DNA of 64,000 nucleotides from Chitinophagaceae bacterium (GTDB lineage: Bacteria > Bacteroidota > Bacteroidia > Chitinophagales > Chitinophagaceae), in assembly GCA_049421765.1 (NCBI GenBank), contig JBMSNP010000006.1, positions 2,712-66,711 of the forward strand. The letters run 5' to 3'. Position 1 is the first letter of the stretch. Every line of letters begins with the position of its first letter. Below, piece after piece: positions 1-8,426 of this stretch. A model generated the notes under the pieces. That model saw nothing but the letters and a program-made list of their open reading frames with translations. It was not told the origin of the DNA and did no database searches. Made by a program: the position numbers and the translations under genes.

Positions 1-116
1 GCAATGACTGTTTGGTAAATTAGCCGGACGGATGGCATCTGTTTATCCGTTTCCGCACATACATCGAACCCTAAAGATACTGTATAGTTCCGGGGATGTC
101 AAGGCAGCCTGGTTCC

Positions 117-902
117 TCATTCATGCACCGCCAGGATCGGGATATTGCCTTCGTAAATCAGCTTCTTGGTCGGACTTTTCACGAATAAACGTTCAAAAAG
201 GCTTTGTTCCCGGTGTACAAGTATGATAAAATCAATTTTCTTGTCCATCGCAAACTGACTGATGGCTTCGGTGACGTCATGTAACCCCATAAAGTAAAAT
301 TCGGGGTTGAACTCCCGGAACATTTCCTGGAGTTTGCTTTTCTGTGCCTGGTATTCTTCCGTCAGCGCCACATAGTGCCCGCTGTCGACATTGAGGATAT
401 GAAAATGCGGTCGGAAAGCGGTCAGCACTTTTTTAATAGGAACCGAAGGGGTCTGTTCATCCACATCCCGGAAATCGGAAGTGAGCAGCACATTTTTTAC
501 ATCGTGGTACACTGCGTTGCCGGGAACAATCAGTACGGGACAAACTTTCTGTTCCACCATTTTCAGGGTGTTGCTTCCGATCAGCGACTGCCCGATCGGG
601 GAACGGCCCGTGATACCCATGATGATCAGGTCGGCATCGCGATGCCGCGCCAGCTTTTCGAGTTCTTCGATAAAGTCTGATCCCTCTTCGGCGAGGGTTT
701 CCATTTTCACGATCCCCTTTGCACCCAGTTCCTCCTTAAGTTCATTCAGTTTCCGGACGGCTTCTTCGGCCTGGGCCGGTTTTTCATATACATGGTGCAG
801 GAGCATGTGCACGCCATACCGGCCGGTAAGCATCTGAACCGCGTACCGGGCGGCATTAAGGGAGGTTTCTGAAAAGTCGACGGGAACTATAACGGTTTGC
901 AT
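117..902 (-). CDS. Universal stress protein, tandem USP-domain type
   Basis: 261-aa ORF, ATG at 902. N-terminus MQTVIVPVDFSETSLNAARYA, glycine-rich ATP-loop-like segment MGITGRSPIGQSLIGSNT and C-terminal PILAVHE are typical of double-USP proteins. Paralogue of 988..1773. Confidence 0.85.
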   Translation of the reverse strand: MQTVIVPVDFSETSLNAARYAVQMLTGRYGVHMLLHHVYEKPAQAEEAVRKLNELKEELGAKGIVKMETLAEEGSDFIEELEKLARHRDADLIIMGITGRSPIGQSLIGSNTLKMVEQKVCPVLIVPGNAVYHDVKNVLLTSDFRDVDEQTPSVPIKKVLTAFRPHFHILNVDSGHYVALTEEYQAQKSKLQEMFREFNPEFYFMGLHDVTEAISQFAMDKKIDFIILVHREQSLFERLFVKSPTKKLIYEGNIPILAVHE

Positions 903-987
903 AAAGGTTTTGTTTCTGGTTCAAAAGCAACCGCAAAGGTAAGCCATTTTCCGTGGGTGAAGAAACTGCCCGCGAACCCGGGGAAAC

Positions 988-1773
988 TCATTCGTGTGCC
1001 GCCAGGATCGGGATATGGCTGTGATAAGCCAGCCTCTTGGTGTGGGTGGATTTGAAAATGGAAGTGGCGTTGCTTTGGTGTTTGGGAATGGTGATGATCG
1101 CGTCGATATCCTGTTCAAGGATAAAACGGTCAATCGCCGCAAAAAAGTCATTCCGGATAATAAAATTGAACTCCAGGCTGAACCGGCTGAACATTTCAGC
1201 GAGTTTGTTTTTCCCATACTCAAGTTCAGGCGGGAGGGATGGGTAGGCCTCCTTGTGAACATGCACGATGTGGAGTTTCGGGTCAAACATTTCAAGGACG
1301 GAACTGATCAAGGCGGAGGGCGTGACATCCTCTACGTTTTTCAGGTCCGAGGCAAATGCCACTTTCTTCAATCCTTTGTAAGCCGCATCAGGCGGGATGA
1401 TCATAACCGGGTAAAGATTCCGGTCGATCAGTTTGAGCGTATGGCTTCCAAACATGGCCGCGCGAATCGCGGATTTCCCGGTGATACCCATTACAATCAG
1501 GGTGGCCCGGATCGTGTGGGCAAGCCGCGAAATATTGTCAATCAGGTCTCCGCCCATTTCCCGCTCACATTCCACATTCTTTACCCCCGCTTTCTGGAAT
1601 TCCCATTTCAGGCTTTCCTGGAAATTGATACAGATGTCTTCATCGTCAGGGCTTTCAAAATTCGTATACAGAATGGCCAGCGTATGATCCTTGCCGGCAA
1701 GCATGCGGGCCGAATACCGGGCCGCATTCAGGGATGTTTCGGAAAAATCAACCGGGATGATGACACGATGCAT
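988..1773 (-). CDS. Universal stress protein, tandem USP-domain type (paralogue)
   Basis: 261-aa ORF, ATG at 1773. MHRVIIPVDFSETSLNAARYS..., MGITGKSAIRAAMFGSHT..., ...PILAAHE. Same length and architecture as the neighbouring gene. Confidence 0.85.
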   Translation of the reverse strand: MHRVIIPVDFSETSLNAARYSARMLAGKDHTLAILYTNFESPDDEDICINFQESLKWEFQKAGVKNVECEREMGGDLIDNISRLAHTIRATLIVMGITGKSAIRAAMFGSHTLKLIDRNLYPVMIIPPDAAYKGLKKVAFASDLKNVEDVTPSALISSVLEMFDPKLHIVHVHKEAYPSLPPELEYGKNKLAEMFSRFSLEFNFIIRNDFFAAIDRFILEQDIDAIITIPKHQSNATSIFKSTHTKRLAYHSHIPILAAHE

Positions 1774-1883
1774 GTGTGTTCCTGTTTTTCAAAGGGATAA
1801 ATTTACAGGATTTGCAAGGTAAATGGGTAAAAGATTTAATACGGACTAAGCCGTGAATGACTGAAACCTGAGCTGCCTCACAT

Positions 1884-2192
1884 TCAGTAAATGGATTCGA
1901 AGGTTTGTTGCTGCGTCAGCTGGGAGAATGCAGGCCGCTTTCCGCAAAGGGCGGCGAGACGGTCAGCGTATTCGCGGAAGTGGGAAGAACGGAAATGATG
2001 ATGCGCCACTGATTCCTTTCGGAAACTTTTGATGTGTACAAAACTGCAGTCATCGTCATGATTTGCGTAGCATTGGCTGCGCATGCCCCCGGGGCCGTTG
2101 CGTTGCAGGGCCTCGAAGTAGCGGTCGATCACTTCGAGTGCATGCCGGTGCCGTTCAGGCGATACGGTAAATGACATAATATACCGAACCAT
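1884..2192 (-). CDS. ABM (antibiotic-biosynthesis/quinol monooxygenase-like) small protein
   Basis: ORF-track ORF 1884..2258 trimmed to internal ATG 2192 (2177 also possible). The ~100-aa product with ...GPGGMRSQCYANHDDDCSFVHIKSFRKESVAHHHFRSSHF... fits the ferredoxin-like ABM pattern. Family call is from memory. Confidence 0.55.
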   Translation of the reverse strand: MVRYIMSFTVSPERHRHALEVIDRYFEALQRNGPGGMRSQCYANHDDDCSFVHIKSFRKESVAHHHFRSSHFREYADRLAALCGKRPAFSQLTQQQTFESIY

Positions 2193-2306
2193 AACAATCG
2201 GGGTTTGGCGGGGTGAGCCGCTATATGCAGGGCAGCTTCGCGCAGTAAAATGCTGCACCCCACAGAGGGATGGTTATTTTTTTTTTGATGAACGGTACAG
2301 CACAGT

Positions 2307-4025
2307 TTAATTAAACACCTGCATGTTGTCGACGCGGATGGTAGGTGTGGGCTCTTGCTGAAGAAACATTTTCTTTTCAAGCTCGCTGTCGTGTTTGTAC
2401 ACATCATCCCTGAAATTGAGCCTTCCGTCATGATCCACCCAGGCGGTATAATAGATAATGAATACGGGGATGGGTTCCTTGAGTCGCACGGATCTTTCAG
2501 AAGTCTGGTTCATCGCCGATACGATCTTTTCTTTGGTCCAGGAGGCATCATTGCGCAGCAGCCATTCCGCCATTTTCTGGGGTTCACTGAGCCGGATACA
2601 GCCATGGCTAAAGGCCCGCTTATCCTCGCCAAACAGACTTTTTGAAGGGGTGTCGTGGAAGTACATGTTAAAGCTGTTCGGGAAAATAAATTTCACCTTG
2701 CCCAGCGCGTTCCCTGGACCGGGTTTCTGGCGGATGACATTCCCGATCTGCTCCATATTTTTCCTGGCCAGGTAATTCGGGTTGCGCTGGATGGCGGGCA
2801 TGATCTCTTTCTTGATGATACTGGGTGGTACATTCCAGTAGGGGCTGAATACGATCTGGTTCAGGTCGCCGTTGAACATCATGGTATTGTTTCCCACACG
2901 ACCCACTACCACAACCATGTCAAAGACCAGCTGATTCCCGTCGAATACATGCAGGATAAATTCGGGTATATTGACGATGATAAGATTGCCCTGGGGTTTT
3001 TGCGGCATCCAGCGCATCCGGTCCATATTCAACAGGATCTGCGAAACCCGTTTTTGTGCGGTTACGTTCATGTCTTTCACCAGCCCCGGTGTGATGACAC
3101 CTGATTGTTTATAGCCCAACCGCTGTTGATATGATTTGACAGCCGTTTCAAGGGTGTCGGTGAAACGCGTGCTGCTGTCGCTGCCGGGCATGTCCTGTGT
3201 AAGCTGCAGTCTTTTCTTGATCGCCGGGATGGCGGGATCAACTGCGTCCTTTTTCAGCGGGGATTTGATCACAGGGATTGCCGGCCAGCCCCCGTTTTTG
3301 GCAATGGGGTAATAGAGGGCCAGTTCCTTTTTAAGGGCCGCGTACATTTCATTCACCTGTTCATAATACTTGTCATCCTTGTGTTTTTTATTCAGGATAG
3401 AATCGGCCATCTTCATCGGGTCCATTTTACGGATAGGGATGAATTTCTCCTGCTCCTTCCTCTTTACATAACCTTTTTCATAGGTGCTGTTGATATACCG
3501 GATAAAATGTTCAGTAAACCCGAATTCAGCGCTTAGCATGGCTGTGTCGCGGGTGCTGACTTTCAAGACTTCCTGGTTTAGATAGTTTTCCGCTTTCTTG
3601 TAAAACTGACTGTTCTGCAGCGTTGTGTCGTTGAGATGGGTAACGGCATAGTCGTACTGGTTCCAGAAAAAACGCGCCTGTTCGGTCAGGCCAGAAGAGG
3701 AAAACCAGGCGTACTGGTAGTTCCGGGCATTATAGAAGCTTCGGATCCGGCGGGCGATCTTCAGGTCGGACAGTTGCCGGCTGCTGATATAGTCTTCCAT
3801 GGCCATGCTGTCGAGGAACATATCGTTATATGCAACCGTTTTGTCGATGCTGTAATCGCGGTCGGTGACTTTTTTGGCCTTGGCGGGATTTTCCTCTTTT
3901 TCATACACATCCTCCGTTTCCGGTTTTTCGGACCCGGTGGTTGTTTCTTTTTTATCGGAGTTTTTACAGGAGACCAGTGCCATGCAAATGGCTAAGGACA
4001 GGAAGGGTTTCAGTTTCATGATCAT
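2307..4025 (-). CDS. L,D-transpeptidase (YkuD/YcbB-like) lipoprotein
   Basis: C-terminal catalytic motif ...FHDTPSKSLFGEDKRAFSHGCIRLSEP. Lipoprotein-type signal MIMKLKPFLSLAICMALVSC. ORF-track start 4106 trimmed to ATG 4025 (4019 also possible). Confidence 0.85.
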   Translation of the reverse strand: MIMKLKPFLSLAICMALVSCKNSDKKETTTGSEKPETEDVYEKEENPAKAKKVTDRDYSIDKTVAYNDMFLDSMAMEDYISSRQLSDLKIARRIRSFYNARNYQYAWFSSSGLTEQARFFWNQYDYAVTHLNDTTLQNSQFYKKAENYLNQEVLKVSTRDTAMLSAEFGFTEHFIRYINSTYEKGYVKRKEQEKFIPIRKMDPMKMADSILNKKHKDDKYYEQVNEMYAALKKELALYYPIAKNGGWPAIPVIKSPLKKDAVDPAIPAIKKRLQLTQDMPGSDSSTRFTDTLETAVKSYQQRLGYKQSGVITPGLVKDMNVTAQKRVSQILLNMDRMRWMPQKPQGNLIIVNIPEFILHVFDGNQLVFDMVVVVGRVGNNTMMFNGDLNQIVFSPYWNVPPSIIKKEIMPAIQRNPNYLARKNMEQIGNVIRQKPGPGNALGKVKFIFPNSFNMYFHDTPSKSLFGEDKRAFSHGCIRLSEPQKMAEWLLRNDASWTKEKIVSAMNQTSERSVRLKEPIPVFIIYYTAWVDHDGRLNFRDDVYKHDSELEKKMFLQQEPTPTIRVDNMQVFN

Positions 4026-4215
4026 TGTTTGGTGAATGCGTACACTAAAATACAATGCCCGGGGTTTTCTCCGGCTGATTTTATCCACCCTGGGATTTTT
4101 CGGCAAACCTATCCGGCCGAAAATTTCTTTTTCAGCATGCCGGCGGCCCGCCTGATACAGGCACCCGTCACCCTCACCCTGCCGGGTGTAAAACGACTGT
4201 GCTTCTGAAAAGTGT

Positions 4216-4506
4216 TTATAATTCGATCACGCTGTTGGCGCCGCCATAAATGTTGGGAGCCTCGCTGTCCGCTTCGGGTTCGTTCAGCCAAAGCGTTTCA
4301 TTTACCAGGTATTTGAACTCATGCCGCGAATCCTTGGGCAGGTTTACATCGGTGGTAAAGGTTCCGTCTTTTTTGCGGCTCATGACAATTGAATTTTCCC
4401 AGTCGCTGTTGAGACCCAGGATCTCTACGGTTTCGGCATTTTCAGTAGTGAAGGAGAACTTCACTTTGCAATAGTCCTTTGTCTTGTAATAGGTCTTTTG
4501 TACCAT
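4216..4506 (-). CDS. Small E-set/CBM48-like (glycogen-binding-module-like) protein
   Basis: 96 aa. VEILGLNSDWENSIVMSRKKDGTFTTDVNLPKDSRHEFKYLVNETLWLNEP resembles AMPK-beta/isoamylase N-terminal carbohydrate-binding modules. Confidence 0.55.
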   Translation of the reverse strand: MVQKTYYKTKDYCKVKFSFTTENAETVEILGLNSDWENSIVMSRKKDGTFTTDVNLPKDSRHEFKYLVNETLWLNEPEADSEAPNIYGGANSVIEL

Positions 4507-4741
4507 GTGATTTTTTGTTGATTTTGAATACGATATGTCTGATTCAACGGCGGGGGCAATCGTAGCGGGAATCGTAAAATTCCGTAGTTAATACGCAAGA
4601 GTCCGCAAATGTAACCCAAATTGACCGATTTTCTTTCCCCACCTGCAATTTGCCAAGGACCGCCTCGTTGTAAAACCGGGCGGCCGCTACATCATTTTAA
4701 GGGTGTCCGGCCCCCGATCCTGAAAAACCAATATCCTTTGT

Positions 4742-4993
4742 ATGAACCAGCCATTCTGCAATGACCAGGCCTATATTGCCGAGTCATTCCACCTTGAAGA
4801 AGACTATATCGGGCAAATGTCCCGTTTGGCTCATTTCAAGATCAATTCCTACAAACTTTCCCTGATCAAGGCCTCGTTTTGCAAAACCCGTGTGGAACTG
4901 GAGCAAAACCTGCACAGCACTTTACTGAATTATACCAACCCGGGAATCATCCTTGCGGATCTGGGATTTTTCGGTTCGGAGTGGGAAAACTGA
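4742..4993 (+). CDS. Hypothetical small protein
   Basis: 83-aa ATG ORF in an otherwise gene-poor stretch. No recognisable motif. Confidence 0.3.
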   Translation: MNQPFCNDQAYIAESFHLEEDYIGQMSRLAHFKINSYKLSLIKASFCKTRVELEQNLHSTLLNYTNPGIILADLGFFGSEWEN

Positions 4994-5010
4994 TCAACCC
5001 CCCGATTTGA

Positions 5011-5214
5011 TCAGTTCCGGGCGGGCTTCCCGATCCCGTCCAGGTTCAGGGGCAGTTCCAGCGATTCCAGGAGCAGCATGCGCCAGAAATCGTCCTGCCG
5101 GCTTATAGAAATAATATCCATCAGGTTCCGGCACAGTTGCCGGTATTCTGCATGCTGCAGGATAAATTGTACCGCCAGCTTCTTGCGTATGTCACTTTGA
5201 TCATTACGGATCAT
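5011..5214 (-). CDS. Hypothetical small helical protein
   Basis: ORF-track ORF starts at TTG 5241. First ATG is 5214 (MIRNDQSDIRKKLAVQFILQHAEY...). No recognisable motif. Confidence 0.3.
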   Translation of the reverse strand: MIRNDQSDIRKKLAVQFILQHAEYRQLCRNLMDIISISRQDDFWRMLLLESLELPLNLDGIGKPARN

Positions 5215-5372
5215 GTTTCTAAATCTTGATACATGTGACAAAAAAACTATGCCAGATTTTCAGGTCACCCCAAAAAAGATATTCACAGCACACCCCCTTA
5301 CCCGGTTCTGGGTGAAGTTCATCAGCCTCCGCCACCTTTACTTTTAGTAACTTTGTCCTCCAATTTCAAACC

Positions 5373-7298
5373 ATGGCCGGACAATCCCATCAACTGGCAG
5401 CTATTCTTTTTGCCGACATCGTCGGGTATACTGCCATGATGCAGGAAAATGAGGAACAGGCCGTGGAAAAAGTAAACCGGTTCCGGGAAGTGGTAGAACT
5501 GGTGGCGGAAGAACTAAACGGTAAAATTATCCAGTATTACGGCGATGGCTCGCTCTTGCTGTTCAACAGCTCCACCGATGCTGCCGAATTTGCCAAGTTA
5601 TTGCAGGAAGACCTGTTCAACGAACCCATGGTACCCGTCCGCATCGGTATCCATATGGGTGATGTGCTGGTACATGCCGGGAATATTTTCGGAGATGTGG
5701 TGAATATCGCCTCCAGGATCCAAAGCCTGGCGCCCCCGGGTGGGATCTATATATCCGAAGTGGTATACCGGAATATTGTGAACAAGAATGAGCTTGAGTC
5801 GGTATTTGTCCGGACCGAACAGCTGAAAAATGTAAAGGAACCGGTACGCATCTATCAATTACTCACCGAGCATACGCCTCCCCCGGTGCAGGTTAACGAG
5901 GAGATCAGGCTGCCGGAATCCCATGTAAATGCCAATAGCATTGCTGTACTTCCCTTCGCGAATATCAGCAGCGATCCGCAGCAGGATTATTTCAGCGACG
6001 GGCTCACCGAAGACATCATCACCCAGCTCTCCAAGATCCGGGCCTTTAAGGTCATATCCCGGACCTCGGTGATGCAGTATAAAAATTCCTCCAAAACGGT
6101 GCGGGAGATCGGGAAGGAACTGGGGGTATCGCTGATCATGGAAGGGAGTGTGCAGCGGCAGGGCGAACAGGTGCGGATCACCGCTCAGCTGATCAACGCC
6201 CTCACCGACGAACATATCTGGGCCGACTCCTACGACCGCCCCATGAATGATATTTTCTCCATCCAGCGCGAAGTGGCCCTGGCCATCGCCAGTGTGCTCA
6301 ATACCACGCTCACCCGCCGCGAAACCCAGGAACTGGACCGGGTGCCCACCGTTGACCTCCAGGCCTATGACCTGTACATGCGGGGCCGGATGTTGCTGGA
6401 AAAAAGAAACAAGACGGATCTGCTCACCGCCCGCGAATATTTCCAGCAGGCTGTGGGGCGCGACAAGCATTTCGCCATCGCCTTTGCCGGGCTGGCCGAC
6501 AGTTTCCTGCTTTCCTCCTTTCGCGGGTATGAGGATCCCGTGCAGATGCTCTGGCAGGCCAAGAAAAATATAGATATCGCGCTCGGGCTGGATTCCTATT
6601 CCGGCGAAACACAGGCCTCACTGGGCTACTGGTATTTCCAGAATTTCGACTGGCATGCCGCCGAGATCACTTATAACCGGGCCATCAGCCTGAACGCCAA
6701 TCAAAGCAATGTCTATCTCTGGCTGGCCATCCTGCTCCAGGCCAAAGGGGATCATGAGGGGGCCCTGAAGATCTATGACCAGGGGATCGAGATCAATCCC
6801 TTCTGGGATTACCTGCTCCGGAACAAGATCCTGGCGCTGGTGAATCTGAATAATTACGAAGCGGCTATCGCCCTTCAAAAGGAACGGATCGTCAAGGCCG
6901 AGCATGACCCGGACCAGAAGACCTTCCTGCAAACCGAACTGGCCAAACTGCACTGGACGGCGGGGAATAAGGACGATGCGATCGCCGAGGCTCGCGCGGC
7001 AGGGAAAATGCCCCTGGTCCGGTTTTTTACCGATGGGGATTTCGCGCTCCTGCAAAAAGAAGTGGATGAACATTATCAATCCCTGGGGAAAAGCGAGTAT
7101 GTATCCCAGTTATGGATGGGACTGGATTATGCCCATGCCGGCGCGCGCGACAAGGCGCTTGAATGTTTCAACAATGCGGTGGCCCTGAAGGAGGCGGCCG
7201 TATCCCTGCTCCTGATCCGGGACTATGAGTTCCTCAACATCAAGTACCTCAACATGGCCCTGATCAACCGGAAGGTGAAGCAGTTGATCAATTTTTAA
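5373..7298 (+). CDS. Class III adenylate/guanylate cyclase domain protein with TPR-like C-terminal region
   Basis: N-terminal LAAILFADIVGYTAMMQ...YYGDGSLLLF...RIGIHMGDV...GDVVNIASRIQ are cyclase-homology-domain motifs. The C-terminal half is helical-repeat-like. Confidence 0.85.
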   Translation: MAGQSHQLAAILFADIVGYTAMMQENEEQAVEKVNRFREVVELVAEELNGKIIQYYGDGSLLLFNSSTDAAEFAKLLQEDLFNEPMVPVRIGIHMGDVLVHAGNIFGDVVNIASRIQSLAPPGGIYISEVVYRNIVNKNELESVFVRTEQLKNVKEPVRIYQLLTEHTPPPVQVNEEIRLPESHVNANSIAVLPFANISSDPQQDYFSDGLTEDIITQLSKIRAFKVISRTSVMQYKNSSKTVREIGKELGVSLIMEGSVQRQGEQVRITAQLINALTDEHIWADSYDRPMNDIFSIQREVALAIASVLNTTLTRRETQELDRVPTVDLQAYDLYMRGRMLLEKRNKTDLLTAREYFQQAVGRDKHFAIAFAGLADSFLLSSFRGYEDPVQMLWQAKKNIDIALGLDSYSGETQASLGYWYFQNFDWHAAEITYNRAISLNANQSNVYLWLAILLQAKGDHEGALKIYDQGIEINPFWDYLLRNKILALVNLNNYEAAIALQKERIVKAEHDPDQKTFLQTELAKLHWTAGNKDDAIAEARAAGKMPLVRFFTDGDFALLQKEVDEHYQSLGKSEYVSQLWMGLDYAHAGARDKALECFNNAVALKEAAVSLLLIRDYEFLNIKYLNMALINRKVKQLINF

Positions 7299-7367
7299 AA
7301 CAGGCCGGAGGTTGCAGGATCAAGACTGGAGTCTGTGAATTTTTCTGCACTCTCTTTTCAAAAAAAG

Positions 7368-7409
7368 CCATGGAGAACACAGCGTTGTTTTTCTCTGTGC
7401 TCTCCATGG
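7368..7409. terminator. Bidirectional hairpin between convergent genes
   Basis: CCATGGAGAACACAG-(12 nt)-CTGTGCTCTCCATGG. 15-bp stem with one mismatch, A-run upstream. Lies between the 3' ends of 5373..7298 (+) and 7441..8103 (-). Confidence 0.6.
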
Positions 7410-7440
7410 TTAATCATTTTCTGGGCGAACTCAATTACCG

Positions 7441-8103
7441 CTAAAAGGTACAGCTAACATAGTAATAAACACCAGGAATAGTCCAGGCAATGCAAACTCC
7501 AGTGCTGTTAGGGCATTGGTTATGAGCTTGCCAGTATTGAATGGGAATCCCATGACATGTCGCAACAGCCTTGCACCAATCACTTGCACATAGATCAAGT
7601 CGGTATGCTGCACTGGCTGCAAGGTCTGTTTTTGGACCGGAAACTTTGTTTTCATCTGCGGAGTTAATATTCTTCTCATTATGATTCAGGCTGCTCACCG
7701 CACGTTTTTCCGGATTTACGACAGGGTTTAGGGTGCCTATGTCCTTAGCCTCGCTTTCATCCTTGATCACAAAATAATTCCCTTCTACCTGTTTGCCATT
7801 GATATGGCTTTCCCTTCTGAAATTCAAGGCAAGTTTGAGTCCCTCCAGGTCAATGTTTTCCACTTTATTCTGGCTGTTCTTTGTAACCAGCCCGGGAGGC
7901 AGGTTGCCTTCCCGTACCAGGTAATACTCTCCACCGGAAAGGATGATCCAGTAACCGGTATATTTTGCCACCGCTGTGGTAGATTCAGGTTTGGCTTCCT
8001 GGGATTTTGGGTTGATGGCGGCCATGTCCTGAGCGATCAGGATCGAGGACATGAGCAGGCCCATTAATGATAATAAGGTCAATTTGGCGATGGTGGATCT
8101 CAT
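7441..8103 (-). CDS. Secreted hypothetical protein with Cys-rich C-terminal module
   Basis: 220 aa. Sec-type signal MRSTIAKLTLLSLMGLLMSSILIAQD. The last ~55 aa carry six Cys (LDLCASDWCKAVATCHGIPIQYWQAHNQCPNSTGVCIAWTIPGVYYYVSCTF). The gene looks more A+T-rich than its neighbours by eye. Confidence 0.6.
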   Translation of the reverse strand: MRSTIAKLTLLSLMGLLMSSILIAQDMAAINPKSQEAKPESTTAVAKYTGYWIILSGGEYYLVREGNLPPGLVTKNSQNKVENIDLEGLKLALNFRRESHINGKQVEGNYFVIKDESEAKDIGTLNPVVNPEKRAVSSLNHNEKNINSADENKVSGPKTDLAASAAYRLDLCASDWCKAVATCHGIPIQYWQAHNQCPNSTGVCIAWTIPGVYYYVSCTF

Positions 8104-8426
8104 GATGCTGTGTTTATTTTTTAAATAAAGAAAACCCGTTTTTAAGCCAGGTCGTGTACTTGAGTCGGATTCAAACTTCGGGTACGGGTTACAGAAAGAT
8201 CATGTAATATAATTTTTTTATTTCATGCGTGAAATAATTCTTCGTCCGGGTTTTTCGAAAAGGTTGCTTGGTGAATCCTGAAATCGGAAAGTTTTCTTTT
8301 AGGAAACACAAGTTTTTGCTCCCCGGATTCTCCCCATTTTTGGCAATTTATTGTGCATAACTGCCTGTCAGCTAACTCGCCTTTTCCGGGTCTTTCACCT
8401 AAATTCGCCCCAATAAACCTGAAAAA

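Noticed and set aside
117-1773. Tandem duplicated universal stress protein genes as something unusual.
   Set aside because: Adjacent double-USP paralogues are commonplace in Bacteroidota. The two copies are diverged, and there are no associated novel genes.
994-1800. 268-aa + strand ORF overlapping the second USP gene.
   Set aside because: It is antisense to a clear USP paralogue, has no motif and has an Arg/Gly-rich composition typical of shadow ORFs.
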